Positions 1 through 64,000 of a stretch of 64,000 nucleotides of DNA are shown here, one piece after another. The DNA comes from Octopus vulgaris (Eukaryota), in NCBI GenBank assembly GCA_951406725.2, contig OX597831.1:56978001-57042000 (forward strand). The letters are read 5' to 3'. Position 1 is the first letter of the stretch; each line of letters starts with the position of its first letter. Below the pieces are notes generated by a model. The model had not been told where the DNA came from and did no database searches. It was given only the letters and a program-made list of their open reading frames with translations. The position numbers and the translations under genes are program-made.

Positions 1-300
1 GATTTACAAAAGTATGATAGAAAAACAAAATCGTTCGCAGATCTGTGCACCATCACTGAAAGCATGTACCAGGTGTTCTAAAACTGGAAAAAACCCCAAC
101 AAAAAACAAAAACGTTGGGAGGTCTGTATCAAAAGTAGAGGGAACTGTTTTCAAATTAAATCTACGAGAATGAATTAGAAAGTAATGTTTTTTATTTGCA
201 TTACTTTTTGACTTATCTTCGTATATATAAAAGTGTGTCAAGAAGTAATGCAAATTACTATTGCATTACCTTTGACCGACCCTCGTAATTATGTTGCAAA

Positions 301-695
301 TCTCTATATATAAAGCTGAAGTTGTCTGTGTGTGGCAGGTTTGGTAGCCTTCAACTAACACTATCTCCTCCGAGACCCTGCGGCACAAGTTGACCAAAAT
401 TGAGAGTATGATAGAAGGCAGAAGGCTTGCTCTTCATTCCGTAGAAGATAAAATTGAAATCGGACCATGTTAAGACCAAAAATTATTTACATAAAAAAGG
501 TGCTTTTTTTTCTATGAAAATCCCTATTTTTTACGATTTTTTGACTGCTGTGTCGCCATTTTTCGCTGTATTTCAACCAGAAAAATCTTCACTTAAAGAG
601 AATAACAAGCTACATAATGCAAAATTTTAACTTTTCAAAAATTACAATTCTAAAGGGTCGAAACAAACCCGAGCAACGCCGGGCGATACTGCTAG
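301..695 (+). mobile_element. Non-autonomous Helitron-type element
   Basis: Inserted between A and T; 5' TC start; 3' hairpin cccgagcaacgccggg followed by CTAG terminus; no TSD. Confidence 0.75.
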
Positions 696-907
696 TAAAG
701 AGATAAATTTTAAAAATTCGGTTTCTTTTTTAGGCAGACAATGTCGCTACTTCCTTATCATAGGTTTATGCCACCAGTACTAATTACGGCTGCTCAACAA
801 CAACAACAACCACATGGTCGCTCTGCTTCCAAGAAATAATAGTCAAATCTTTCTCAACTCACACTCTATGATTTTAAGAACTGGCATGGTTATCGTTGGA
901 TTCTCTT

Positions 908-1235
908 TAATAATAATAATGAAATTATTGTATACAGTGCTCAGGTGCACCACAACTTGTCAAAAGTGCGTATAAAGCATATGCAGTAGTGTACAAATGT
1001 CTGGAAAGTGAACAGTGTTTGAGTCAGATACATGCTTGCGTGTGTATGGAGTGTTGGCGAATCTCAGGAAGCATGGAAGTTTTGAAGGATGCAGTGCTCC
1101 GACAACTAACAACTGATGCCAGCAGTTTGTTCCATACTTCAGAAACTCTTAGCGTGAAAAAATGTTTCCGAAAGTCCTGAGAGCTGTTCTGTTTTTCTGA
1201 CTTTGTAAACATATCCACGGGTCACTGGTTTCATG
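908..1235 (-). mobile_element. CR1/L2-like LINE 3' fragment
   Basis: Translation RKHFFTLRVSEVWNKL...ASFK resembles the CR1/L2 ORF2 C-terminus; (TTA)n tail. Confidence 0.7.
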
Positions 1236-1490
1236 AATCAGGGATCTCTTAGCATTAAAAAACAAAACAAAACAAAACAAAGCGATAACAACAACAATAA
1301 CATTGAGAAGCACAAATCACCAATCTACATCGCAGCTTTACAATTTTCATCATCCATTCACATAACATATCTACATAGAATTGTTTAATTTATCTCTGCT
1401 CTTGTGACCAGATATCACAGTTTCACAACACTTCGTAACATTTCACACCACCTCAGTACTCATCAATTTTGTTTGGCAGATCTTGCTTAC

Positions 1491-19903
<18,413 letters not shown>

Positions 19904-20537
19904 CTGGAAGATACACGCATTAACAGATGTGAAGTAAATAAATAAATAGAGACGTTTGAAACTGTTTAACATAGATTACAAATTACAGAATAGTTAGATG
20001 CCCTTGTTCAAGATAATACAACAATTCGCTCCGAAACAGAGGTCAAGTAAAGTAACATGTTTAGCTATTCAGCTGTCGCAATATCTGAGGTACGAATGCA
20101 TGCATGCGCACATACATTCATATGTTAACAACAGTTTAACTTAGTTCCACTATGAAATTTCATGGACGTAAATTTGTTTGTCGAAGTCATCAGATGTCTA
20201 AGGCCCAAGATATATATATATAGCTTCCAATGTCTTGAACTTCAGCAAAAAGTACTCTATAAATATTATTATTTAAAGGTCACAATACATGCGTTTAAAC
20301 GCTACTAATAGTTGCAGTTAGTCTCTCAAACATAGCAGATGTAATACTCCTCTGCCTTCTTTAATTTCCTCCCTTTCTGAAGAAGGAATCTGTACGAAAC
20401 GTTGGATAATCCAACATCCGCGGCAATTTTACCGTATTCTTTCTGTATTGTACTCGAATAATACGAGTCTTGCCGACGCAGACCATTCCCCCTATCTCCT
20501 TTGATTTTTGCCATACACACACACACACACACGCACA

Positions 20538-20597
<60 letters not shown>

Positions 20598-20999
20598 AAT
20601 ACATATACTAATGTATATGCTTTGTGTATTTCCCGGTGGCTGCAATAGCTTGGCGGAGTATCTATACTCTCAAACCGCTGGCTGTAATATACCTGAGACA
20701 TGGACAGGCGAGATAACTCACCTTCAATCCCATTTTGGAGTAATGGACCCGCCTATGTATGTATGTATGTATGTATGTATGTATGTATGTATGTATGTAT
20801 GTATGTCTGTGTGTATGTATGTATATATTTTGATATTTCGCTTAGGCATAGAGATAGACACACACACACACTCTCACACACACACATTTAAATGATAGGC
20901 TATAAGTAGATTTAGCTGTTATTTCTAGCTGTTACGACAATTACACAGAGGTTCCCACATTTTCTAGTATCGATGCGTAAGGACACCTGTATGAATTAC

Positions 21000-52591
<31,592 letters not shown>

Positions 52592-52770
52592 CTAGAAATG
52601 ATAATAATGATAATTCACGTCATAAGAATTTTATAAACTTTCGAGTGAACCTGAAATAATTCTTTTTTGGGAATAACGGTTCTCGAAGCATATCAAATAC
52701 AACTCTAAAGAACAGCATGCAAATATTGGGTTGCAAAAACCCTTTTGGATACAAAAAGTCGGATAGTGCT

Positions 52771-53125
<355 letters not shown>

Positions 53126-54514
53126 TTTGGCACAAGGCCAGCAATTTTGAGGGGCAGGGGTAAGTCGTTTATATCGATCCCAGTTCTCAAATGGTATTTA
53201 TTTTATCGACCCCTGAAACATGAAAGGTAAAGTCGATCTCGGCAGAATTTGAACTCAGAACTCAAAAACGGACGAAATGTTCCTAAGCAATTCTTTGTGA
53301 TACACTTACGATTCTGCTAACTCGTCGCTTGACTACAAGATAACAAGAGCTCTCAGAGAACGCAAACCTCTGCCAAGACAACACCAACGTCCTCTCAACG
53401 ATTAGCCGGAGATGATTTTTAAAATGAGAATATCTGAAATAAACTCGACTGCTCTCACAAACGAAAGTACTAAAAATAAATCCGACCGCTCTCAAAAATT
53501 AAGTAGAAAAAAACGGGAAAAATAATCCAGGATTCTTGTTCGGTACCTGATCGATTCCAATGGTAGTCATGGAATGTGAAGGTGGGTGTGCGGGCCGTGT
53601 TTGTAATGCTGTGTGTGTCGTCTGCAGTGTAAACAGAGACAGTTTTATCTATGAAAGCCTTTTTTTTATCTATCCACTGATATAGTGTCTTTACGATCAT
53701 TAAGTTCTATACTGAAAAATTTATCCATGCGTGAAAGAAATCGGAAAGGACCTGCATACTGTGCTGTTAACGGAAGTGTAACAACATCGTTGCGCACAAA
53801 AACATGAGTCCAGGAAGTAAAGCTTCCTTCAAGGCAGAGCTAGAAATGCAATTGTCGAGTAGGTAAGAGGTTTTAAACAGGAGCGATATATTCAAAATTG
53901 GTAAAACTAAAAGTTGTCGAGGATAAATCAAATTTATTATTGTTACTGAATATGTTAGTGTTATTTATTTCTGAACAATTTTGCTGCCGTTTGTTTATAT
54001 AGTTCGATTTCTTTATCCACCAGTTTCAACTGAGAGACGCGAGTAAAATTGATAATAGAGAAGAAAAAAAAAAAACCCTGGAAACAGCAGCGCCGCCATA
54101 ACTTACGTGGAAACCATGAGCGTGCTTTCAAGGGAGATAATCAGAGAAAGACTTGAAAGTCAACGTAAGATCGTAATACTTCATGTAAAGTATATTAAAT
54201 ATAACAAATAATCCAGAATCCTTGTCCGGTACCAGATCGATCCCAAAATCTAATACGTCAGTGCCAGTCACGCGGCCAAACATCCCTGAAAGTTTCATCC
54301 GAATCCATCCAGCGGTTCTTGAGATATCTTATCCACACTCAAGCAAACAAACGCAACTGAAAATAATTCCTCTGCCTTAGTGAAGGGGAGGTAATAATCC
54401 TTTCTTCTATAAGCACGAGGCCTGAATGTATGTATGTATGTATGTATGTATGTATGTATGTATGTATGTATGTATGTATCTATCTATCTATCTATCTACC
54501 TATCTACCTGTCTG

Positions 54515-54686
<172 letters not shown>

Positions 54687-54813
54687 CGTGGGTTCGTATA
54701 CCACGGACTGTTTTCGATTTTTTCTACTCAAAGGGTATTTGAAACCAATATTTACGTTATCATTTATAGCTTTATTGCTTCGAGTTTAACGGTTTCAAAA
54801 AAGAACTACATGC

Positions 54814-54867
<54 letters not shown>

Positions 54868-55106
54868 ACACACACACACACACACATACACACACATACC
54901 TCCCACACGCACACACATGCACAGCTGGTCTTTCTTACCCCAGTTATTTAAGATTTTGCACTCTTTGCGTTTGTTCAGGCGATATTTCAAATACCGACGG
55001 GGCAGTGTCAGCCGCGCATGAAGAAATAATTATACTCTACAGTATATATTTAGATATTTAGTACTTTTTCTCTTGTTTATGAAGAAAAAAAAATCAACAA
55101 CACTCC

Positions 55107-55167
<61 letters not shown>

Positions 55168-55398
55168 GATAGATAGATACAACCGCACATACATCCACTC
55201 TCACACCCATTCACAAATAGATGTGTATGTATGTGTGTATATGTATGTGTGTATACATATATATATATATACGGTTTAAGTAATTGAGATTCAAGTTAAT
55301 TCTAATGAATTCACATGAATATGGTCCTTAACTAGGATGCACCGGAAATCTATATATATACATACATATATATATATATATGTATATATATATACATA

Positions 55399-57040
55399 CT
55401 AGCAGAGATACCCGGCGTTGCCCGTGTTACATACAATTGAAGAATTAGACTTTTCTGTTATATTTTCTCTAATGAACTGGAATATCTATGTTTCGAATTT
55501 CATCAAAATTACAGACCCCCCCCAAAAAAGTTGTAATCGTGCCACATATATCCCATATTACTGATTTTTATGCGCATATTCCAAAATTCCAGTTTTATTG
55601 AACCTGTTAAAAAGATTTTGCTCCTGAAAAATGAAGGTCATAGAGCTATAATGTGAGAGTTAAGGCCCCTGTTGGGGGTGGGCATCTTAATATCAACTAC
55701 AGAAGTTGAATTGTTGAGAATCTTTTTTACTTGGGTCTTATATCTATTGTTTGAATTTCTTTGAAATAGTAAATATATGTTCACTGGGTTTGGAAAAGAG
55801 AGCAAAGGAAACCAAAAGACGAATGATCACAATAAGCAGTCAGCTACAGTACCCTAGACGTTACCACTCCCAATGTAGGATTCCTCACCATCCAGGTAAC
55901 AGGCACAGCAGTAAGATGCATTACGAATTTATAGCAATTGGAAGGGCGTGACCCAACTGAAATAAACATTAACAACTGTCTGACATGAGGGCTAAGGAGA
56001 AATGAAAGTTGGAGTTTGCAAATGACCACTATACTGATATGTAACTGGACAGAATAAATTTACAATCTATAAATGTCTTTGAATAACCAGTCACTCATCT
56101 GGGAAGGCCATGAAATCAATTTTACCATGTGGGGACTATGTGTGACCGAGTGATAATAAAAAGACTGAAAGGAGGTCTGCAATCAAATAACTTTACTCAA
56201 CACTTTGCAACTGAATCAGTGGAGACAAAGATGCCTCTCATTTACTTGACAATTTATGCAGCACATTGCAGAAATCACAATGTAAGTGTATGTCAAAGCA
56301 AACTCTTACACTGTTGTACCATTGAATTACAAATATTGCGCATCTTCTATGCTCGGATGACCCCAAAGCTTCCAAGAGTACAACTATTCGTCTTTGCTCA
56401 GATAAAATGACAAAATGATGGGTGTTAAGTCCCCATGGTGTGTTCTTTATAAATTGTAAGAAGATGAAATTTTATAAATATTACATTATTTGTATCTAAT
56501 ATCTATGGTTAAAATTTCATCAACAGCAAAAAACATATGCATTGTCATGGAGGTTGTGGCCCTTATGCATAGAATATAATTTCCAAATTTCGTAAAGATC
56601 CATTCAGTACTTTTGACTTAGTTTTGGATCATAAAAGAAATGACTAAAATTTGGGAGTTAAGGCCCCCATTTGGGTGTCTTAGAATCCTCATGTGAAGTG
56701 GAAACTTTGAGAATACTTCTTGATGTGTGTCAATAACCCATGGTTGAAATTTCATCAACATCGAAAATTTATGAATTTCCTTGGGGGTTCTGCCCCCTTT
56801 AAGCCATCTGAAATTCAAACCAAACATATTGCATTATACCCGCCCTTATGCATGGAATCTAAGTTTCAAATATCATTCAAATATCCATTCAGTAATTTTG
56901 GTCCATGACGTATGAAACACACAGCATTATCCTTCTCCCTAGGCTTGTATTTTGTGTTCCAAATTTCATTATGATCGGTGCAGCAATTTTCGAATGTATA
57001 AGTAATACACGAACACATAAAGACATTGTCTTTGATATAA
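55399..57040 (-). mobile_element. Helitron-type element (degenerate)
   Basis: The minus strand ends cgggcaacgccgggtatctctgCTAG-T, the same hairpin-plus-CTAG layout as 301-695; internal subrepeats aaatttcatcaa; far boundary uncertain. Confidence 0.55.
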
Positions 57041-57067
57041 TAAATATGAATGTACACATATACATGC

Positions 57068-57119
<52 letters not shown>

Positions 57120-57164
57120 GCGTACGTGCGTATATGTGTATTATATTTGCGTACGTGCGTGTGT

Positions 57165-57203
<39 letters not shown>

Positions 57204-57461
57204 ACGATAAATTGATAGATACAACTGAGTGGGCAAACAAAAATATGAGACACAGCGTAGTTGTTTTTTATGTTGATAAGCCTGGCACTTATTCTATTAG
57301 TTTCTTCTTTTTGAAACCAGTAAGTTATGGGGATGTAAATAAACGAAGAGCAGTTGTGAAGCAGTGATAAGGGTGAAACACAGAAACAAAGTCACACACA
57401 TACACTTAAATATATACATGCATATATATACGATTGATTTCTTTAAGTTTCTGTCTACGAA

Positions 57462-57555
<94 letters not shown>

Positions 57556-58042
57556 ATATATATATATGTGTGTGTGTGTATGTACACACAAACTCACACA
57601 CAAGGATAAATTGTGCGGGCAAACAAAAATATTAGATACTGCCTAGTGTTTTTTTAATTTTGATAAGCCTGGTACTTATTCTATCAGTTTCTTCTTGTGA
57701 AACCAGTAAGTTATGGGAATGTAAATAAACGAACACCAGTTGTGAGACAGTGATTTGGGAGAAACATAAAGACACACACACAGACTTACATATATACATA
57801 CATATATATACGATTGATTTCTTTCAGTTTCTGTCTACAAAATCCACTGACAAGGCTTTGGTTGGTCTGAGGTTATAACAGAAGACACATGCCAAGTCAC
57901 TACACAATGGGATTGAACTGAGGACCATGAGCTTTGGAACGAAGTTTGTTACCACACAGCTACACCTGCACCTGTGTGTGTGTATGTGTGTATGGGTGTA
58001 TATATGTATGCATGTATATATGTGAATATATATGTGTACATC

Positions 58043-58091
<49 letters not shown>

Positions 58092-58679
58092 GCATCTATT
58101 CATATACATGTATACATATACATCTTTATGTATAGAAATAAATGTATACATATACAGCTATACACACATACAGAGATATACACACATACACACACACATA
58201 CATAGGTGCAAGTGTAGCTGTGTGGTAACAAACTTCGTTCCAAAACACGTGGTTCTGGGTTTAAATCTAAATTTAAAATAATAAGGGTGAGAAATTGAAT
58301 ATTAATTTAATTGATATGAATTGAAAACCAGTGGTGTATCATACAAGACCATAGTGGATCATCTTTTAGCAAAATGGATGTCCACTGTTAATGGTTCATC
58401 CCTCTTATATAATAGTTTGACTTTAATTGTTTCAGTATTAAAGTGAAAGTATCTGACATTACAATAGAGAGATGTTTTTGTTTCACTTTTAACACGTAAT
58501 ACTGAAATAGTGGAGAAGATATGATATTGTTGTAGGCTCGTCCTAGGCAAGAAGTTAGAAGTTTTTTGCTCATGGCACTACATGGACCCTAAGAAAGGCA
58601 TGTGTAAAATTTGAATGAAATTGGTTGCGTAGTTCTCAAGTTTTAGGGAAACACACAGACAGACAGACACACATTCTCA

Positions 58680-58766
<87 letters not shown>

Positions 58767-59016
58767 CGGGAAGCTTTATAAATAAACAAAAGACGAAGGT
58801 AGGTGGAGTACAAACAAACAATTGTATTAGTATGGCGCTCAGGAATATAACTAAAACAAGTCTTTTACGTTTCGAGCCTACGCTCTTCAACAGAAAGATA
58901 CACAGAAAAGAAACACGGAGAGAAACAAGGAGAGAAAAAAAAATGCGTGCAGAAGCTAGCGATTCAACATGGTGTCAATAACATATATTGGTATAGTCAA
59001 GTTTATTGATTAACAG

Positions 59017-59435
<419 letters not shown>

Positions 59436-59553
59436 AGGACACCGATTGCTTTCAGGCATAATTACTTACATTCACAGATTTTCGACCAGATTTAATACTT
59501 TCTAAACATACTATTAAGCACATGCTTAATGACACAAACACTTATTGAAGTTT

Positions 59554-59628
<75 letters not shown>

Positions 59629-60095
59629 TGTGTTTGTGTACATGCATATATGCGTGTATTTTTCATGTGTACGTGAACATGTGATCGTTTTTGCTCGGGC
59701 ATGTTGGTGTGTAGAAGCATTGTGTGTTTGCGCCTAGCGATTTCTACCTGTATGTGTATGTGTAAGGTGTCCATAAGGTGTACTGCGAGAACCCGTCTAT
59801 CAATTACTAGGTACGGCGAAGCAAAACAGGGCAAAGGGAATAAGGCGAGAGATCAGATGAAGAGAAAGAAGGAGAGGGAGAGAGAGAGAGAAGAGAAAGA
59901 GGGAGAAGGGGAGGAAGAGGGAGAGAGGAACGAAGACATGGTGGTGCTGGTGGGGAGAAAGGATTGGTGAAAGAAAATGGTGAATAAAGAAAAATAATAA
60001 GATGAAATTAATAAAGAAAACGTCCATTGAAAGGGAAAGAGAGAATGACACACGCACGCAACACAAAAAGATTGATAAATAACGTGATGGAAATT

Positions 60096-60178
<83 letters not shown>

Positions 60179-60954
60179 GGTGCAATGGCAAAAGAATAAA
60201 AAAAGACGGTGAAAGGAAAGTATGATACAAATTGAGATTGAGCGAAAGGAATACCCAGGGAGATTGGAGGGGGTGGGTAAAGAAAGATGGATGCCAGAGG
60301 TAAGAAAAAGAGTGAGTGATATAAATTGAGATAAACAGAGAAGAAGAAGGAAAAAGAGACGAAAGACGGGCGAAAATGAAAGAAGAGAGACCTTATATAA
60401 AGGAAAGAAAGAATGATAGCCAAAAAAAGAAGGGCGAGCGCAAAATAAAGAAAGAGAGATTGAAGAGACGTCGATAATGAATACAAGACGAAAATAGTTG
60501 TTTAAATACACTTTAAACATCCTGTTTATGATAAATTGAAAAGAAATTGCCATTAAGACCGTTACTTTATATTCGCCTGAATAAACATCCTACAATAAAG
60601 TGAAACGAAAACAAGAGTTAAATGATTTTGACTGAAAATGAGAAATAGGGGAAAAAATAGGGAGCTGGAATGAGAGAGGGAGAGAAAGGGAAAGAAAAAA
60701 AAATCAGGGGATCTGAGAAATTGAGAAAGTGTGAGGGAGAAAGATTTAGATTGTAATGACCGTAAAAAAAAAAAAAAAAAAAATGAAGAATAAAAAAGAA
60801 TTAAAAAAATCTTGCCAGATGTCGAAATTTATTCGATAAATATTCCATGAAGTAGTTTTCTGTAAAGAAAAATAAGCAGTGGCCCCCAAATGGGGCTGCA
60901 TTGTAACTCGAGAGAAAGCAGTACCCAAAACAGGAACAGTGTTCGATGGAATAC

Positions 60955-61039
<85 letters not shown>

Positions 61040-61112
61040 ACACGAATTTAAAGTTGTTAGCGATTAATTTAGTCGTAATTGCGAATTGTATGAGTGTGTG
61101 CTTGTGTAAGTT

Positions 61113-61164
<52 letters not shown>

Positions 61165-61536
61165 CTTGTGTCAGTGGGGCATCGCTTTGAAGAATTTTTA
61201 GTTGAATGAATCGCCCCCAGAATTTATTTTTTTTAAGCCTAGTACTTGTTCTATAGTTCTTTTGCCAAACCGCTAAGTTACGGGGACGTAAACGTACCAG
61301 TACCGGTTCTCAAGCGGTGGCGGGGAGAGACAATCACAGACATAAAGACACACACACACACATACACACACGTACACATATATATGAAAGAGCTTCTTTC
61401 AGTTTCCGTCGACCGAATCCATTCACAAGGCTTTGGTCGGACAAAGGCTATTGTAGAGGACACTTGCCCAAGGTCCCACACAGTGGGACTGAATAGGAAT
61501 CATGTGGTTGGGAAGCAAGCTTCTTACCACACACCC

Positions 61537-61575
<39 letters not shown>

Positions 61576-61619
61576 ACACACACACACAAATATATATATA
61601 TACACACATATATATATAT

Positions 61620-61722
<103 letters not shown>

Positions 61723-61735
61723 CATATATATGCAC

Positions 61736-61766
<31 letters not shown>

Positions 61767-63458
61767 CTTATACATATATATATATATATATACAAATATA
61801 TATGTATACATATATATATATACATATATACATACATATATAAATATATATATATATATACACACACATACACACACAGACACACGCGCACACACTGACG
61901 TACGTATATAAATACATGCACACATACGTACGTACATATGTACCTACCTACCTACCAACCTACCTACCTACCTACCTACCAACCTTCCTACATACCTATC
62001 TACCTACCTACCTACCTACCTACCTACCTACCTACCTACATACATACATACATACATACATATATACATACACATACACACGTATCATATAGCTACGAGT
62101 AATGTATTTACTGGCAGCTTTCACTTCCTGTAGAACTTCAACAGCGCAAAGGACCATTCTAAATGGAATGAACGAAATAAATAAATGTATAAATAAATAA
62201 ATGTATAAATAAGTAAATATATAAATAAGTTAATAAATAAATATGATGTAAGCAACATATAAAATCGGTTAAAACAATCCGAATAATCTTATACAATTCG
62301 GACATTGACCAGTTTGAAAACGACCATTTTTCTCTTGAAGAGTTATTCATGACAAATAAATGATTTGAAATCTTTTAATTAACACAGACCTTGATATTAC
62401 ACGATTTGTAAAGCAATTTTTTGTTGTAAGCCTGTTTCGGTCAGTTTTGCTCTCAGAGCAGAACAGCAATAACTACAAATGATATGAGGCCGGCGAGTTA
62501 AGGAAAGAGCGTTCACATTAATGCTTCTCAAACTATTTTTGAAAACTACGATCCTGTTCTTTTACTAACTCTCTTTCAACACCTCCTTGCTGTGTATCGA
62601 CAGAGTTAAATAGACCCCCAAAATATTGCTGCCGACATGTTGATCGTCATCAAAAACCTACTTGCACATGAGTCATTTCATCAATGCAATATAGAATATC
62701 AAGACATTTCCCCACACAGAATAAAAAAATGGAAGTATCTTTGAAAATCAGGGCAATTGAAAGTCCCACCTATCGCTCCAGGCCCCTATCACCCACGTCT
62801 AGAAGCACTGGTTTACAATCTCAATCGACCTTCTCGAATTAGCATCTAAATTTTCCCCAAATTACACTGTACTCTCTAAAGAAGGAAGGACTGTGGAAAT
62901 TGCAATGCTAGAAACAGTTTGTCTGATAAAAGAGATGGTTAGGGCTAGGACACCTTTGATAGAAGTACCTACTCAATCTGGTCTGATCTGGGAGAGGAAC
63001 AACAATATTTGATCTCGATTGGGAGGCAAACAAAGGTCGGTGTAGAGACCATATTTTACCATACAATTAAAAAAAAAAAAAGAATACGAATAATACATTG
63101 AATAATGTAATTTAAAATACACTATATACGGAGTTTGGAAACCAGACGTGACAGTTATAGCTAGCTGACACACTTTTGATCGTTAGGCCTTGTGAATCAG
63201 ACTTTATCTGAGATTGAAAACAATAACATTTTGCTTGAGATAACCGACAGTGATTTTTTCTCTTTTCCTTCATTTCTACTGTATCATTTTATGACCATTT
63301 CTCACCAATTAATGGGTAATAAAAATTTAAGCCATCGGGAGAACAATAAATGGTAAGACAGATACCATCTACTGCGTGTTGCCTAAAACATTTGCCACTT
63401 TAATTCCATGAAATGTGACAGTATTCCTGTTTGTATATTTTCTAATGTGGATATTATA

Positions 63459-63677
63459 CGAGTGGGGTGCCGAAAAGTTTCTGGCTATAAGAGTATCGCG
63501 AAAGGCTTGATTGGAGGCCCAACCTTCAGAGTTCTTTTACAGGGCTTAGACAAACTGAAGGAGCGCTGTAATAAGTGTGTGAATTTCAGAGGGGAATATG
63601 TTGAATAAAATCACAACTAACTGATCCTCCTCTATTTTCTTTTGCCCAAAGCCAGGAACTTTTCAGCACCCCTTCGT
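63459..63677 (+). mobile_element. Mariner-derived MITE retaining the transposase C-terminus
   Basis: TA-flanked TIRs cgagtggggtgccgaaaagtttctggct / agccaggaacttttcagcaccccttcg; encodes GLDKLKERCNKCVNFRGEYVE*. Confidence 0.8.
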
Positions 63678-64000
63678 ACAGCAAGTATTTCCCCCTAGAT
63701 TTGAGAGCCAATCGTGAGACTCATTACAACTTTGAAGTCTTATCACTTTTACTTTTCATGAAGAAAAAAAAAATGTGCCTCGCTTGCTCTCGGAAGATCA
63801 AAAGCAGTCACTACTGATTGAGTATCGTGAACTGAGAGAACAGTCACAAGTTGATCCGAACCTCTTTTCGAAGGCCATAACTGGTGACTAAAGTTGGCAG
63901 AGGAACAGCAACTGTCGCATTGTGACTTAGTCTACCTTGTCCAACTCCAGTATAGTCAGCACCAGAGTCTAATGATGTACAAGAATTGATTGAGTGCAAT

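Noticed and set aside
19904-19920. In-frame ATG (MRVSS) as an independent start for unit 2
   Set aside because: It overlaps the pyrimidine tract and AG acceptor and gives no signal peptide or anchor. The phase-matched splice from 21000 explains the sequence better, though it is not formally excluded.
53690-53752. Possible diverged GAxxxRM exon (GPFRFLSRMDKFF)
   Set aside because: Wrong phase and length for joining the 66-nt exon, and similarity is limited to RMxxF.
55750-56410. Possible Helitron helicase fragment
   Set aside because: Only vague motif resemblance, on inconsistent strands; cannot be supported without a search.
59470-59501. 32-nt segment with a strong gtaagt donor
   Set aside because: Its only open frame does not match the phase of neighbouring candidate segments, and it has no APN similarity.
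59800-60486. 228-aa hydrophobic ORF
   Set aside because: Derived from purine-rich low-complexity/(GA)n sequence; the composition bias explains the apparent TM segments.

Overview
AT-rich, repeat-dense eukaryotic genomic DNA. The SINE and microsatellite content strongly suggests a cephalopod, probably Octopus (inference). Nearly all ORFs in the supplied track are microsatellite or SINE artefacts. The real coding content is 18 GT-AG exons on the minus strand (52591 down to 1491; 2367 nt, 789 codons), which I phased by hand into one uninterrupted reading frame of an M1-family (aminopeptidase N-like) zinc metallopeptidase. The first 12 exons encode the C-terminal half of one APN unit (end of catalytic domain II, domain III, ERAP1_C-like domain IV). 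Its 'last' exon has no stop before a splice donor (AG|GTAATT, where the donor contains the in-frame TAA). It splices in phase onto the N-terminal domain of a second, anchor-less APN unit carrying GGMEN and HEIAH motifs, so the locus looks like a tandem multi-unit aminopeptidase polyprotein running off both window ends. The introns contain several tRNA-derived SINE families (some with clean TSDs), mariner/Tc1 remnants and MITEs, Helitron-type elements and LINE remnants (HERO/R2-like, CR1/L2, RTE). They also hold a set of Penelope-type minimal hammerhead ribozyme motifs, including one canonical-core copy and a palindromic/tandem triplet.
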